Of a stretch of 64,000 nt of DNA, positions 9,243-18,224 are shown one piece after another. Made by a program: the position numbers and the translations under genes. Numbering within the stretch: the first letter of the stretch is position 1; the number at the start of each line of letters is the position of its first letter. The notes under the pieces were generated by a model. That model saw only the letters and a program-made list of their open reading frames with translations. It was not told the origin of the DNA and did no database searches. The stretch is from a virus: the IMG/VR virus record IMGVR_UViG_3300017767_000005; one strand, written 5' to 3'.

Positions 9243-10094
9243 ATGCGATTGGGTTCTTGGGTTTTCGTAAAGACCAAGGACTTGTCTATCGACGCATACT
9301 ACCCTTACACTAAGAAAGGGAAGAACAAAGTCTTTGAGCCATACATCGTTTTTTCCAGCCCATCAGATACTTTGTATCTTTACGGAAAAAGAAACCTTTG
9401 GTCTTTACTCGATGCTCTATTTCCAAATAACCCTCTTCCCCGAAATCCGGTAAATGCAGACCTAAAAGATGCAATACAGGGTAAAGTAATCTTAGAAGAT
9501 TTGTTACAAGACCCCGATGCTTGGGAGGACTTGAGATTGCAAGTCAGACAGGGTGAACGATATGACCCATTTGGCCGTTCTAAGGTATCTTGTAGGCCAC
9601 CAAACGATGCAGATGTAACTTTCATCATGTCGGCTTCTTCGGCTTCGTCAGAAGTGGATATAACGCCTAATTTGATATTGCTTGAAAATCAATTCAAATC
9701 GTCATACTGTATGCCATTTACTATTACCACTAAAACAAACATGAAAACAATTCCAGCATTGTTTATTCCGTTGGATTCAGCACAGAATTACAAAGTAGTA
9801 GTCACTGATGAAATCGGTGGGGAACACCTTATCTTTTCCATAATAGAAAACGCAGGTTGTAATTTCAGACCGAAGGTTGCTTCTCGATTCTCAGCAGACC
9901 AAATTACAAAAATCCAAAAAGAAATCAAAGAGCGTATCATCATGCTTGATTCTATCCTAAAAATAAATTACGAGTTTCCGATTATGCGACCACTTGACGC
10001 AGGTATGAAGTGGTATGAAATGGACTTCTTAGAACACAAACGCTTCACATCTTGTCCGATGTATTCACTTTGGCGGATAAACTACGCTAATTAA
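9243..10094 (+). CDS. Hypothetical protein (283 aa)
   Basis: Long ORF ending the early operon; no motif recognised. Confidence 0.75.
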   Translation: MRLGSWVFVKTKDLSIDAYYPYTKKGKNKVFEPYIVFSSPSDTLYLYGKRNLWSLLDALFPNNPLPRNPVNADLKDAIQGKVILEDLLQDPDAWEDLRLQVRQGERYDPFGRSKVSCRPPNDADVTFIMSASSASSEVDITPNLILLENQFKSSYCMPFTITTKTNMKTIPALFIPLDSAQNYKVVVTDEIGGEHLIFSIIENAGCNFRPKVASRFSADQITKIQKEIKERIIMLDSILKINYEFPIMRPLDAGMKWYEMDFLEHKRFTSCPMYSLWRINYAN

Positions 10095-10112
10095 TTATAT
10101 TTTTCACCCTGC

Positions 10113-10299
10113 TACTGAAAGAATTATTCGGCTTTCAGTCCATCGGTTTTTTACAATTCTTGAATTAATTCATAGAGGGGGGGAGGGATTGTTCTATTAC
10201 TTACTTATCTTATTATTACTTCTTTTTCTTACATGCCTATGAAACAATTCAAGAATTAATCTAACTTGCTCGCAGTATCTCGATTTAATTCTTTCAGTA
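10113..10299. other. Candidate replication origin (nested inverted repeats)
   Basis: 14-bp perfect IR (10113-10126/10286-10299) and 19/21 IR (10155-10175/10237-10257) share centre 10206; G-run and pyrimidine-rich core; upstream of the helicase operon. Confidence 0.6.
10114..10152 (+). terminator. Hairpin plus T-run ending the early operon
   Basis: ACTGAAAG/CTTTCAGT stem, then CCATCGGTTTTTT. Confidence 0.4.
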
Positions 10300-10355
10300 A
10301 GATACCTAATTATTGAAACATTATGCTTATATCCTATATCGTGTAAGATAGTAAC

Positions 10356-10736
10356 ATGGGCGAACCGATGAACCGTGGTATGATGATAGCGAGAGTATGG
10401 AATATGCTCAACGATGAAGGGGCGATGAGGTCGGTTGATATTTACACAAAGTATTGCGACTCCTATCTAAAGTACGGAGTTTACACCGCTTCAGCATTTT
10501 CTCAAATCTTGAGAAGGTCGGGATGCTTCATTCCCGTAGGCGAAGAAACCATTGAGCGAACCTATGTCATGGGTAACAAAAACACAGTTAGGGTTACGGT
10601 TTGGGATTCTAAACCAATAGAGGCTCTAATCAAACCTTACATCACAGAAGGTTGTCACCCACTTAGGAAATTATCTAAGATGCCAGCATTCGTTAGAGAA
10701 GCCGTGAAAAATTGGGGTGAGCAGAATGTCGCATGA
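10356..10736 (+). CDS. Probable winged-helix protein, first gene of the replication operon
   Basis: wHTH-like helix pattern; TATA 29 nt upstream of ATG. Confidence 0.6.
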   Translation: MGEPMNRGMMIARVWNMLNDEGAMRSVDIYTKYCDSYLKYGVYTASAFSQILRRSGCFIPVGEETIERTYVMGNKNTVRVTVWDSKPIEALIKPYITEGCHPLRKLSKMPAFVREAVKNWGEQNVA

Positions 10737-11475
10737 ACGGTTTGAATCTCTTGACATTTTTTGGAAAGGCGACAAGAATAGATTTAGCCCTAAAATATGT
10801 TACATCTATTTACAGGGCGAATATGGTTTCATCCCATACATAGCCTCATCAGCAGTTTGTGGTGGTAAAAATACGATAGCGGAAATAATGTCACCGAATA
10901 TGTCCGTCGAGCCATTCAACCGTATGCCTAACATGGTGAAATCATCGTGGGGTATCACGCAAGTATCGAGCAATACTTGTTTCTTAAATCTATCTTCTTT
11001 CCCATCGGTCAAGATGATGCCGGATGCAAACCCCGACCTTTGGAGAAAGACATACCCAATGTTGATGGACTTACTTTTGTGGCTAAAACAAAGTGGTTGT
11101 AAACAAATCAATTTCATAACTTCGATGAATACTTCTTCGGCAGACCAAGATAGTGATTTGATGGTGTATGACCTATACAACGACATCAGGCCGGAAGTCG
11201 ATTTACTTACTACACTACCAGCGTGGTTCATCCCTTCGACATGGCATATGATGGGAGGAAGGGCTTGTGTCATTTGTGCTATCCAAGACGAAGGACAATA
11301 CATAGACCAAGATGCTTACGGGTTATTAGAAGAGTATTTGGTCGCTCTTGGGCTACCGTATCACAATGTTCATAAAGAGCGTATTACACAGGTCTTACTA
11401 TCGGTGCGAGAGAGAGTCGAACAATTGGGTGACACATTTGACTTGTTTGATGACGAAGGGGGAGATTGGGCTTGA
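10726..11475 (+). CDS. Possible PAC2/proteasome-assembly-chaperone-like protein
   Basis: QGEYGFIPYIAS, LLLWLKQSGCKQINFITS and DAYGLLEEYLVALGL match the PAC2 layout as I recall it. Confidence 0.45.
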   Translation: MSHERFESLDIFWKGDKNRFSPKICYIYLQGEYGFIPYIASSAVCGGKNTIAEIMSPNMSVEPFNRMPNMVKSSWGITQVSSNTCFLNLSSFPSVKMMPDANPDLWRKTYPMLMDLLLWLKQSGCKQINFITSMNTSSADQDSDLMVYDLYNDIRPEVDLLTTLPAWFIPSTWHMMGGRACVICAIQDEGQYIDQDAYGLLEEYLVALGLPYHNVHKERITQVLLSVRERVEQLGDTFDLFDDEGGDWA

Positions 11476-12809
11476 ATGAAATTATCACAAAACTAATTCG
11501 GTTTACCAAAGACAATCATTATGTCGATGTTGAAGATAAAGTCCCATTGTTTGCTTGTAGCATTGGCGCACATATTTTTAACGCAATCAACAAATGTAGT
11601 CGTTGCGATTTCGACCCTGCTCATCCACAGAACAATGATTTCAATATCGCCAATTGTCCGTTGCGACATCACAATCCGCCAATTTATACTCCAATGTCCC
11701 AAGTGGGTGATACAAGAATCCACATACTGATGCGTGGTGCAAAAGGTTCCGGTAAAAGTATGTTGATTAATATGTTCCTCAATGAAGGTACGGGACTTCT
11801 CTATACCGACGGTGCATTTTTTGATTCGGTAGGTTTCCGAACCATGATGGGGCCAAACTCGGTCACAGAAGCCGGTATGTTCGGTTCGGTTGATGAAGAA
11901 GGTGAAATCGTTGGTCGTCCATTGGCTAGAGAAATGTGCGGCGGTTTCTTAGGATTTGAAGAATCATCCAGCCTAACTGATGCTAACAAAAAAGACCACA
12001 GTATCGACATGAAAAATCAATTACTTACTTCTCTCGATAATGGAAGAGTGCAGAAGATGATGCGTAATGGTTGGGTGAATTACAATACCCGTTATACTTT
12101 GTGGGGTGGAACACAACCGGCGCGATTGGAAATGGAGTCCGGTCTTGACCGAAGGTTCTTCATCATCGACATAGAAATGTCACCGGAAAAGGAGGCACTG
12201 TTCAAGAAGGCACAACACTTACAATCCAACATGACAAGAGGCGACAGACTTGCTCTCGCTGATGAAGCAATTTACATTCGCAATTGGTTTAACACAAGAA
12301 TGCTCGATGCTATTCTTAATCCTCCGTCGGGAGTTATTTTTACGGATGAATTAGGTGCGTGGCTTGACAGGGATGATATTCGTTCTTACGAGTCTGATTT
12401 GTTTAGGCGTTTGGCTATCGGGTACGCTATGCTCAAGGATAAGTGGGTAGGTGGAGAAGTCCTAAGAATAGAATTGGACGACCCACTACTCGGACTTCTT
12501 GAATCGTCATTGATGATGAGAAGGTCTGTAATGGATTCAGATGTTCGCATGATTAAGGATGCGTTTTGGATGCAGGACATCAAGAAGTCAACTTTACTGA
12601 AAGAAATAAGTCGCATCATTACTAAAGGTGATTATGTTGCCGCTAAACGATGGATTGATGAAAGTCTAACTCAACAGCCTTGGTTTGCAGAATACACTCC
12701 GAAGGCTGATGGTCGTCGTGGTCGCAAGGGTGTCATGTGTCGTATCGGCCCATTGACTGACCCAAGACAAGTAGCGCAGAAATGGGGTAAGGGGGAAATA
12801 GAACAATGA
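11466..12809 (+). CDS. mcm: MCM-like AAA+ replicative helicase
   Basis: Walker A GAKGSGKS, Walker B GFEE, TEAGMFG, QP and LDRRF arginine finger. Confidence 0.75.
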   Translation: MGLNEIITKLIRFTKDNHYVDVEDKVPLFACSIGAHIFNAINKCSRCDFDPAHPQNNDFNIANCPLRHHNPPIYTPMSQVGDTRIHILMRGAKGSGKSMLINMFLNEGTGLLYTDGAFFDSVGFRTMMGPNSVTEAGMFGSVDEEGEIVGRPLAREMCGGFLGFEESSSLTDANKKDHSIDMKNQLLTSLDNGRVQKMMRNGWVNYNTRYTLWGGTQPARLEMESGLDRRFFIIDIEMSPEKEALFKKAQHLQSNMTRGDRLALADEAIYIRNWFNTRMLDAILNPPSGVIFTDELGAWLDRDDIRSYESDLFRRLAIGYAMLKDKWVGGEVLRIELDDPLLGLLESSLMMRRSVMDSDVRMIKDAFWMQDIKKSTLLKEISRIITKGDYVAAKRWIDESLTQQPWFAEYTPKADGRRGRKGVMCRIGPLTDPRQVAQKWGKGEIEQ

Positions 12810-13120
12810 TAGAAATAACTGAAGATAATCTATGGTTTCACCATAACGAAAAAGACCCAAGCCCTATCAAGTGGTATGTGCAAGTAGCCGCTACCCATGA
12901 GTATTCTCCCGAAGTAGCAGTTTTGCGGGAAAAGTACGGACATCTAACTATCATGGAACAGGGTTACGATGAAAGCAATCGTTACGGTTGGTTCACGGTA
13001 TATGGTGTCCCACTTCACGCATACTTGTGCGTCTATCCTCAACAAACTGATAATGCTACATTTGCTCAAAGGAAGATAATTCCAAAATTGTCAAGAAAGT
13101 ATAGGGAGATGGTTCAATGA
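12806..13120 (+). CDS. Hypothetical protein
   Basis: ATGA overlap coupling. Confidence 0.65.
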   Translation: MIEITEDNLWFHHNEKDPSPIKWYVQVAATHEYSPEVAVLREKYGHLTIMEQGYDESNRYGWFTVYGVPLHAYLCVYPQQTDNATFAQRKIIPKLSRKYREMVQ

Positions 13121-13746
13121 AATCCGAAGATGAAATCCGTGACAGGCTCTCCAAGACTAACAGTGCTTTGGAGATGGAGTTACTTTTATGGGTGTTAGAA
13201 ACCCCCGATTGTCCTATTTGTGGAATGTCTAATCGGAGAGAGATTGAGATTGGTGTAATGAATAGTGAAATCACACCTTCATTTTTAGAGGAAAAGTATT
13301 CGTGGCCGGTTGGTACTGTAATGACTCATATCGAATCCCACATTGATTATGACCCTGCCGAAGCGCAACACATGGAAAAGATGCGTAGCGAGTCCATCAA
13401 TACACTTGATGCGGCACAAGACATCGTTGGGCGATTGCTAGGTTGGATTGATGAGTTAGAGCAACAAAAAGATGAAGGCGAAGGTATCACTTCCGAATGG
13501 GTTGCAGATGCGGCTAAGTTAGTAGCACAAGCAAATACTTCTCTCCGTCTTGTAGGACAACTCAAGAAGGAAATCGGTGTCGATTCGCAGTTACTTTTAG
13601 CACAAGCACAAATGGATAATGTTATGGGTGTTTTAGTTAATACTCTCCGTGACCAGCCACACTTGTTAGATACAGTCGAGTTACAATTAGCGGCATTGAA
13701 ACCACCAAGCCATATCCAAGATGTTGATTTTGAGGTGGTTGAATGA
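13117..13746 (+). CDS. Candidate terminase small subunit
   Basis: CPIC...HxxxH zinc/HTH region, long helical oligomerisation segment, C-terminal IQDVDFEVVE. Confidence 0.45.
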   Translation: MKSEDEIRDRLSKTNSALEMELLLWVLETPDCPICGMSNRREIEIGVMNSEITPSFLEEKYSWPVGTVMTHIESHIDYDPAEAQHMEKMRSESINTLDAAQDIVGRLLGWIDELEQQKDEGEGITSEWVADAAKLVAQANTSLRLVGQLKKEIGVDSQLLLAQAQMDNVMGVLVNTLRDQPHLLDTVELQLAALKPPSHIQDVDFEVVE

Positions 13747-13867
13747 ATTACTCGGAGTTTGACAATGAAATAAAAGACTGTTGTATAAGAGAATTACATT
13801 ATCGCACAGATGAAAAGAAATACGGTTGCGGTGTGTGCGGCACTATATGGAAAGTGGTGGATGATGT

Positions 13868-14125
13868 ATGAGTAAGGTGTGGCGTAGTAATACGAGTAAA
13901 GTATTATTCAAAAGGCCGATTTACAAACACGAATGGCCTAATCTTGTAGCGGCTATGATGGAGGATGGACTTCATGCACAGATTACCGATAAAGGTATTG
14001 TGTGGACTTATGGTGGTTACGACATAATGCCATCTTCTGTAAAGAAGGCGTGGGGATTAAGCGACGGTCAATTCGGCAAGTTAAAAGGCTATATCTTAGA
14101 ACATGACTGTTGGGGGAGTTTGTAG
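13868..14125 (+). CDS. Hypothetical protein
   Basis: 85-aa ORF in operon. Confidence 0.6.
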   Translation: MSKVWRSNTSKVLFKRPIYKHEWPNLVAAMMEDGLHAQITDKGIVWTYGGYDIMPSSVKKAWGLSDGQFGKLKGYILEHDCWGSL

Positions 14126-14781
14126 TGGGTGTGGTGATTCTAAGTGCAGACCCCTATCCGTATCGTACAGGCACAGTTATTGAATCGAATGAGATTACGA
14201 ATGCGCCAACAAAGAACGACACGACTTACATATTCCATGTCCGAAGAGTTACGGAAAAGGAAATACTTGCGTGGCAAGAAGTGGTAAATTATCGCTTAGT
14301 GTTTGTGATTGACAAACTACCTAAGATTAGTGGTAAAACTAAGGATAGTATCATCATCGACAAATCTCTCATCATTCGCAAGTCTGACTTCAAGCGTGAA
14401 GTAGGTGCTATGTTGAATTGGGGCAACCGTGAACAGACGGCTAAGTATATCGAGAAGTTACCGACTCCACTTGCCCTTTCCTTCTTGCGTGAGAATCGTA
14501 AGGATATAGGTTTGTGGAGATTACTTGCTGATTGTGTTTTTGTTTTACCGGATGAGTATGCAAAGGCAATCTTGTCTTATGGTGTCGAAGCAGGTCGAGG
14601 CATGAAGTGGCCGAAGCGTAAAACAACCGCAAAAGAAAGACCGGATTGTTTTCGTGAGTCTGATGTTTATTGGGAACACTTGTTAGAATGTTCAGCGAAT
14701 GTTCGTAATGATGTTAGAGATACGGGTAAAGTACCCAAAGGTGTCAAGAAGAAAAAGGAGAGTATTCTTGAATGGATATAG
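14110..14781 (+). CDS. Hypothetical protein, possible degenerate clamp-loader subunit
   Basis: Alpha/beta then helical architecture without a Walker A; PIP-like C-terminus KESILEWI. Confidence 0.4.
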   Translation: MGEFVVGVVILSADPYPYRTGTVIESNEITNAPTKNDTTYIFHVRRVTEKEILAWQEVVNYRLVFVIDKLPKISGKTKDSIIIDKSLIIRKSDFKREVGAMLNWGNREQTAKYIEKLPTPLALSFLRENRKDIGLWRLLADCVFVLPDEYAKAILSYGVEAGRGMKWPKRKTTAKERPDCFRESDVYWEHLLECSANVRNDVRDTGKVPKGVKKKKESILEWI

Positions 14782-14990
14782 TGTTATTCATTCTGTTCCT
14801 TATCATAGCAAAGGGTTGTGCTTCGCTTTACAACTATCAAATTAAAGTGATTAGGAGGCGAGCGCAAGAGGATATGATTCAAAGACTCCACACCAACATA
14901 GACAGAATAGAAAACCCCCAAAAATACAATGATAGTGGGGATGGTGCAGACAGGATTCCTATTGATTGGTTTATGTGGTCTGACTTATGA
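14772..14990 (+). CDS. Small protein with N-terminal membrane anchor
   Basis: MDIVLFILFLIIAKGC hydrophobic segment. Confidence 0.55.
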   Translation: MDIVLFILFLIIAKGCASLYNYQIKVIRRRAQEDMIQRLHTNIDRIENPQKYNDSGDGADRIPIDWFMWSDL

Positions 14991-15021
14991 AGTGTTGCCC
15001 CTACTTTAATAGGTAAACTAT

Positions 15022-15438
15022 ATGGCGCATAACATGAGCGCAACGAATAGAAGAGTTAGGAGAGCAATTTTGGAAATACTATACGATAGTGGCCCTATGA
15101 CTAAAGAGGAAATGGCTTCTGCTTTAGCGGCGAGAAAAGGTGTTGCTCATGTTCCTTCTCCGCATAGTTTGTCGGCACTACTTTGTAAGTCGCACAGTAT
15201 CATACAGTTAGGAAAAAAGAAAGTTGAAAACTCTCTAGGTGTAAGTACCAAACATAATGTGTATGACATTGACCGCGATGTGATTTTGTGTAAGGATGAA
15301 TTGATTCATATTCGTGAACCATCCACAATGACTCCAAAGGAAAAAGTAAAGGCGGCTAAGTGTCTATCATGTGGTCGAACAAGAATCAAACCCGAAGGAT
15401 TTGATGAATGTTTGACTTGTGTTAGAATCACAGAATAG
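15022..15438 (+). CDS. Winged-helix plus zinc-ribbon protein
   Basis: AILEILYDSGPMTKEEM HTH start; CLSC...CLTC. Confidence 0.7.
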   Translation: MAHNMSATNRRVRRAILEILYDSGPMTKEEMASALAARKGVAHVPSPHSLSALLCKSHSIIQLGKKKVENSLGVSTKHNVYDIDRDVILCKDELIHIREPSTMTPKEKVKAAKCLSCGRTRIKPEGFDECLTCVRITE

Positions 15439-15470
15439 TCGCAAAATAGCCCAATACGACCCTTTATATA
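15436..15470 (+). promoter_or_regulatory. Third early-type promoter
   Basis: TAGTCGCA (15436-15443) with TTTATATA at 15463; same spacing as promoters 1 and 2. Confidence 0.7.
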
Positions 15471-15509
15471 CTACCGAGATGAGAGTATATTGTAAGGGGA
15501 ATAGATACC

Positions 15510-16605
15510 GTGGATAGAGCGCAGACCGTAACGCATGTTGAATACGAAGTCCTTGATTGGATTTTGCATAACATTGATGTTGCCGAGTTACATGAAGTAA
15601 TGGCAACTGATGATGTTAGCACTAAGCGATTCAATACAGGAGTTGCTAATGTAACTAAGTTAATATACAATCTCGCTGAAAGGAGGACACACAGACTCCC
15701 TAAGACACACGCTGATTACAAACCAAAGGAGGCAGAACCAAATGACAAAAAGAACCGTAAAAAGAAGTCCGTATAAGGTCGGACAAGTATTGAACCACCA
15801 CGCCATGACGCAGATTATCAAGGGGCGACCAATTCCCTCTTGTGCTGGTTTCAAGGTTAGTGATGTCACTAAACTAGACCATGCAAGCGGCGGTTATCTT
15901 GTTTCGCTTGATGGTCGAAGGGCTGTCAATGGTGAGAAGGTATGTGCATCTTTCGTAGTTACATTCCCCTCGTTTCGCCGCAAGACACGCAAGGCTTACA
16001 TTACCGCTTTCCGTTACTTTATCGGTGATATTAACAAGCCCGTTAAGCAAGTTAATATACCCCGTAGTAAGACTGTTAAACGGGAGGAATCAAAGGTGAT
16101 TGTTAAGACCGAACCTGCTGGTGATGGTCGTAAGAGGATGATGCTTATTGATTTCTTGGAGGTGTAAATATGAACAATAATACTGCTGATGCTCTAAACT
16201 TGAAGGATTGGACGGATGAATTGAAGTATCTCAATCGTATGAATCTAATGGATTTCAAGGAATGGCTTTTCCCTAACGCTACCGATGATTACCTTGCGGG
16301 TAAGTGGGAGTTATTTGGCAGGGATAAGTTAGGTTTCATTTGGTCTTGTTCTCTTGACAAATTGACAAGAATTATCGAATACATAGGGTGGTGCAAGCGT
16401 GATTGTTAGACTTTACAACCGATTCGTTGAGTGGCTTGTTATGACTCGATTCCCTAAGTGCAGGGCTTGTGATTGTAAGGGTGCTACTATGTCGTGGATT
16501 TCTGACCCCGTATGCACTGACTGTTTCGCACAGTTAGCCGAATACGAAATGGCGGAACATGCTGATGACTTTCTTTACGGGGTAAGTTATGAGGTGAGTC
16601 AATGA
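15510..16605 (+). CDS. Four hypothetical ORFs (15510-15776, 15742-16167, 16170-16409, 16399-16605)
   Basis: Coupled ORFs with GGAGG/GGTG SDs; the last has CRAC...CTDC. Confidence 0.6.
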
Positions 16606-17150
16606 ATATGTATGGTCTTGAATATGATGAGAATGGCAATCCTTGTCCGTTTGGTTCTGCTCGCAGTTATTGTGACAAACACATGAAGATACTTGTCGAA
16701 GTCTATCAGATGGGCGGTTCAGCCGTTATCAGACACGGTGCTACTCCCGATGTGATGCCGCTTACCAAAGCCGGAACCCCACTACGGGGAGGCTACGCAT
16801 TTCACCCGATGACTCGCTGGATGGGGGATTCAAGGGAAAACTATCTTTGGGCTATGTATCATGGTGCGGCTCTTGCGGTTGAGTATGAGAAGCGATACGA
16901 CAAAGAGCATTTTTGTGCTGACAAGATTGAGGAATTGTTTGAGTTAGCACACTACATTCCCGAAGGCAAAATGACTACCATACCACGATGCTTCAATCAA
17001 AGCACAGGTCAAAACCTTGACTTGCTTGATGAGGATAAGTGGCCTTGTGTTATCGAAGCAACAAGGGAGTTTTACATTAGGGACAAAATTAACTTCGCTA
17101 AGTGGGAGAGAGGGCGACCTTCTCCTTCATGGTGGGAGGGGATAGAATGA
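16602..17150 (+). CDS. Pyrimidine-dimer DNA glycosylase-like protein
   Basis: CDKH.K..VE..QM, HP...W....ENYLW, EYEKRY.KEH and C-terminal FAKW...P.WW pattern. Confidence 0.7.
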   Translation: MNMYGLEYDENGNPCPFGSARSYCDKHMKILVEVYQMGGSAVIRHGATPDVMPLTKAGTPLRGGYAFHPMTRWMGDSRENYLWAMYHGAALAVEYEKRYDKEHFCADKIEELFELAHYIPEGKMTTIPRCFNQSTGQNLDLLDEDKWPCVIEATREFYIRDKINFAKWERGRPSPSWWEGIE

Positions 17151-17262
17151 ACATAGATATGTGCGATATTGCTAGAATGACTATTGTATATGGTGACGGT
17201 TCGATGGTGATTATGATTCGTCAACCCAACGGTACTATGAAAGTCGAAAGGAGGAAACGCTG

Positions 17263-18177
17263 ATGAACGGAGTTTGGGCTACAAAACACAGACCTAATAG
17301 TTTAACGGGCATTGTAGGACAAGATACACTTGTTGCCGAGTTAATGGCGATAGTGGCTGATGACGCACCTATGCAACATTACCTATTCTATTCTCCCGAA
17401 GCGGGTACAGGTAAGACTTCTGTTGCTTATGCTTTGGCTAAGGACTTAGACTATCAGTTAATCGTTTTCAATGCTTCATCTAAGAAGCAAAGGGGTATCG
17501 AGTTTGTTGAGGAACATATCATACCTATGATTCAAAGCGGTATTCAAGAGCGCATATTCCTTTTGGATGAAGCCGACCAATTGACGGATGCGGCACAGTC
17601 GGCATTGAAAGGTGCGATTGAGAATGCGAGTGGTTATTTTATCCTTACTTGTAATCGTCTGCCGAAGGTATCTCGTTGGCTTCAATCGCGATGCCAAGTT
17701 AGAACATTTGAACCGATTAGCCCTATCCTTATGGGTGATAGGTTGTTTAAGATTGCATCGTTAGAAGGATGCGCTGACAATCTTACAACGGAAATGTATA
17801 GCACTATTGTTCGTAAACATAAGGGCGATTTGAGGAATGGTATCGGTGCGCTTCAAACGGCTTGTAGTTTGCCCGAAAAAGAAAGGGAAAGGTTCATTGA
17901 TAGTTTGACTACACCTAACATGGATTATGGTCGATTTCTCAAATTGTGTTTCGCTGACAATAATCACGAAGAGGCCGTCAAGATGATGCGCGGTTCTGTT
18001 CGTGAACAAGTTAGGAATGTATTTACTTTTGCCGTTGAAGGTGTTGCGTCACCTGCTAACAAGATGCGAGTCGTTGAGGCCGCAATCGTTAGCGAGCGTG
18101 ACATTATCAACGGTGTTGATGAGGAAATTGTACGATACAATTTCATCAGATTACTGATAAATGGGGGCAATCAGTAA
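17263..18177 (+). CDS. rfcS: Replication factor C small subunit (clamp loader)
   Basis: WATKHRP, GTGKT, NAS...RG, LLDEAD, AQSAL, LQSRC, GDLR. Confidence 0.93.
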   Translation: MNGVWATKHRPNSLTGIVGQDTLVAELMAIVADDAPMQHYLFYSPEAGTGKTSVAYALAKDLDYQLIVFNASSKKQRGIEFVEEHIIPMIQSGIQERIFLLDEADQLTDAAQSALKGAIENASGYFILTCNRLPKVSRWLQSRCQVRTFEPISPILMGDRLFKIASLEGCADNLTTEMYSTIVRKHKGDLRNGIGALQTACSLPEKERERFIDSLTTPNMDYGRFLKLCFADNNHEEAVKMMRGSVREQVRNVFTFAVEGVASPANKMRVVEAAIVSERDIINGVDEEIVRYNFIRLLINGGNQ

Positions 18178-18224
18178 GTTTATATCCCCCATCTAACAAC
18201 GGAAATATAACGGAGAACGGTATC

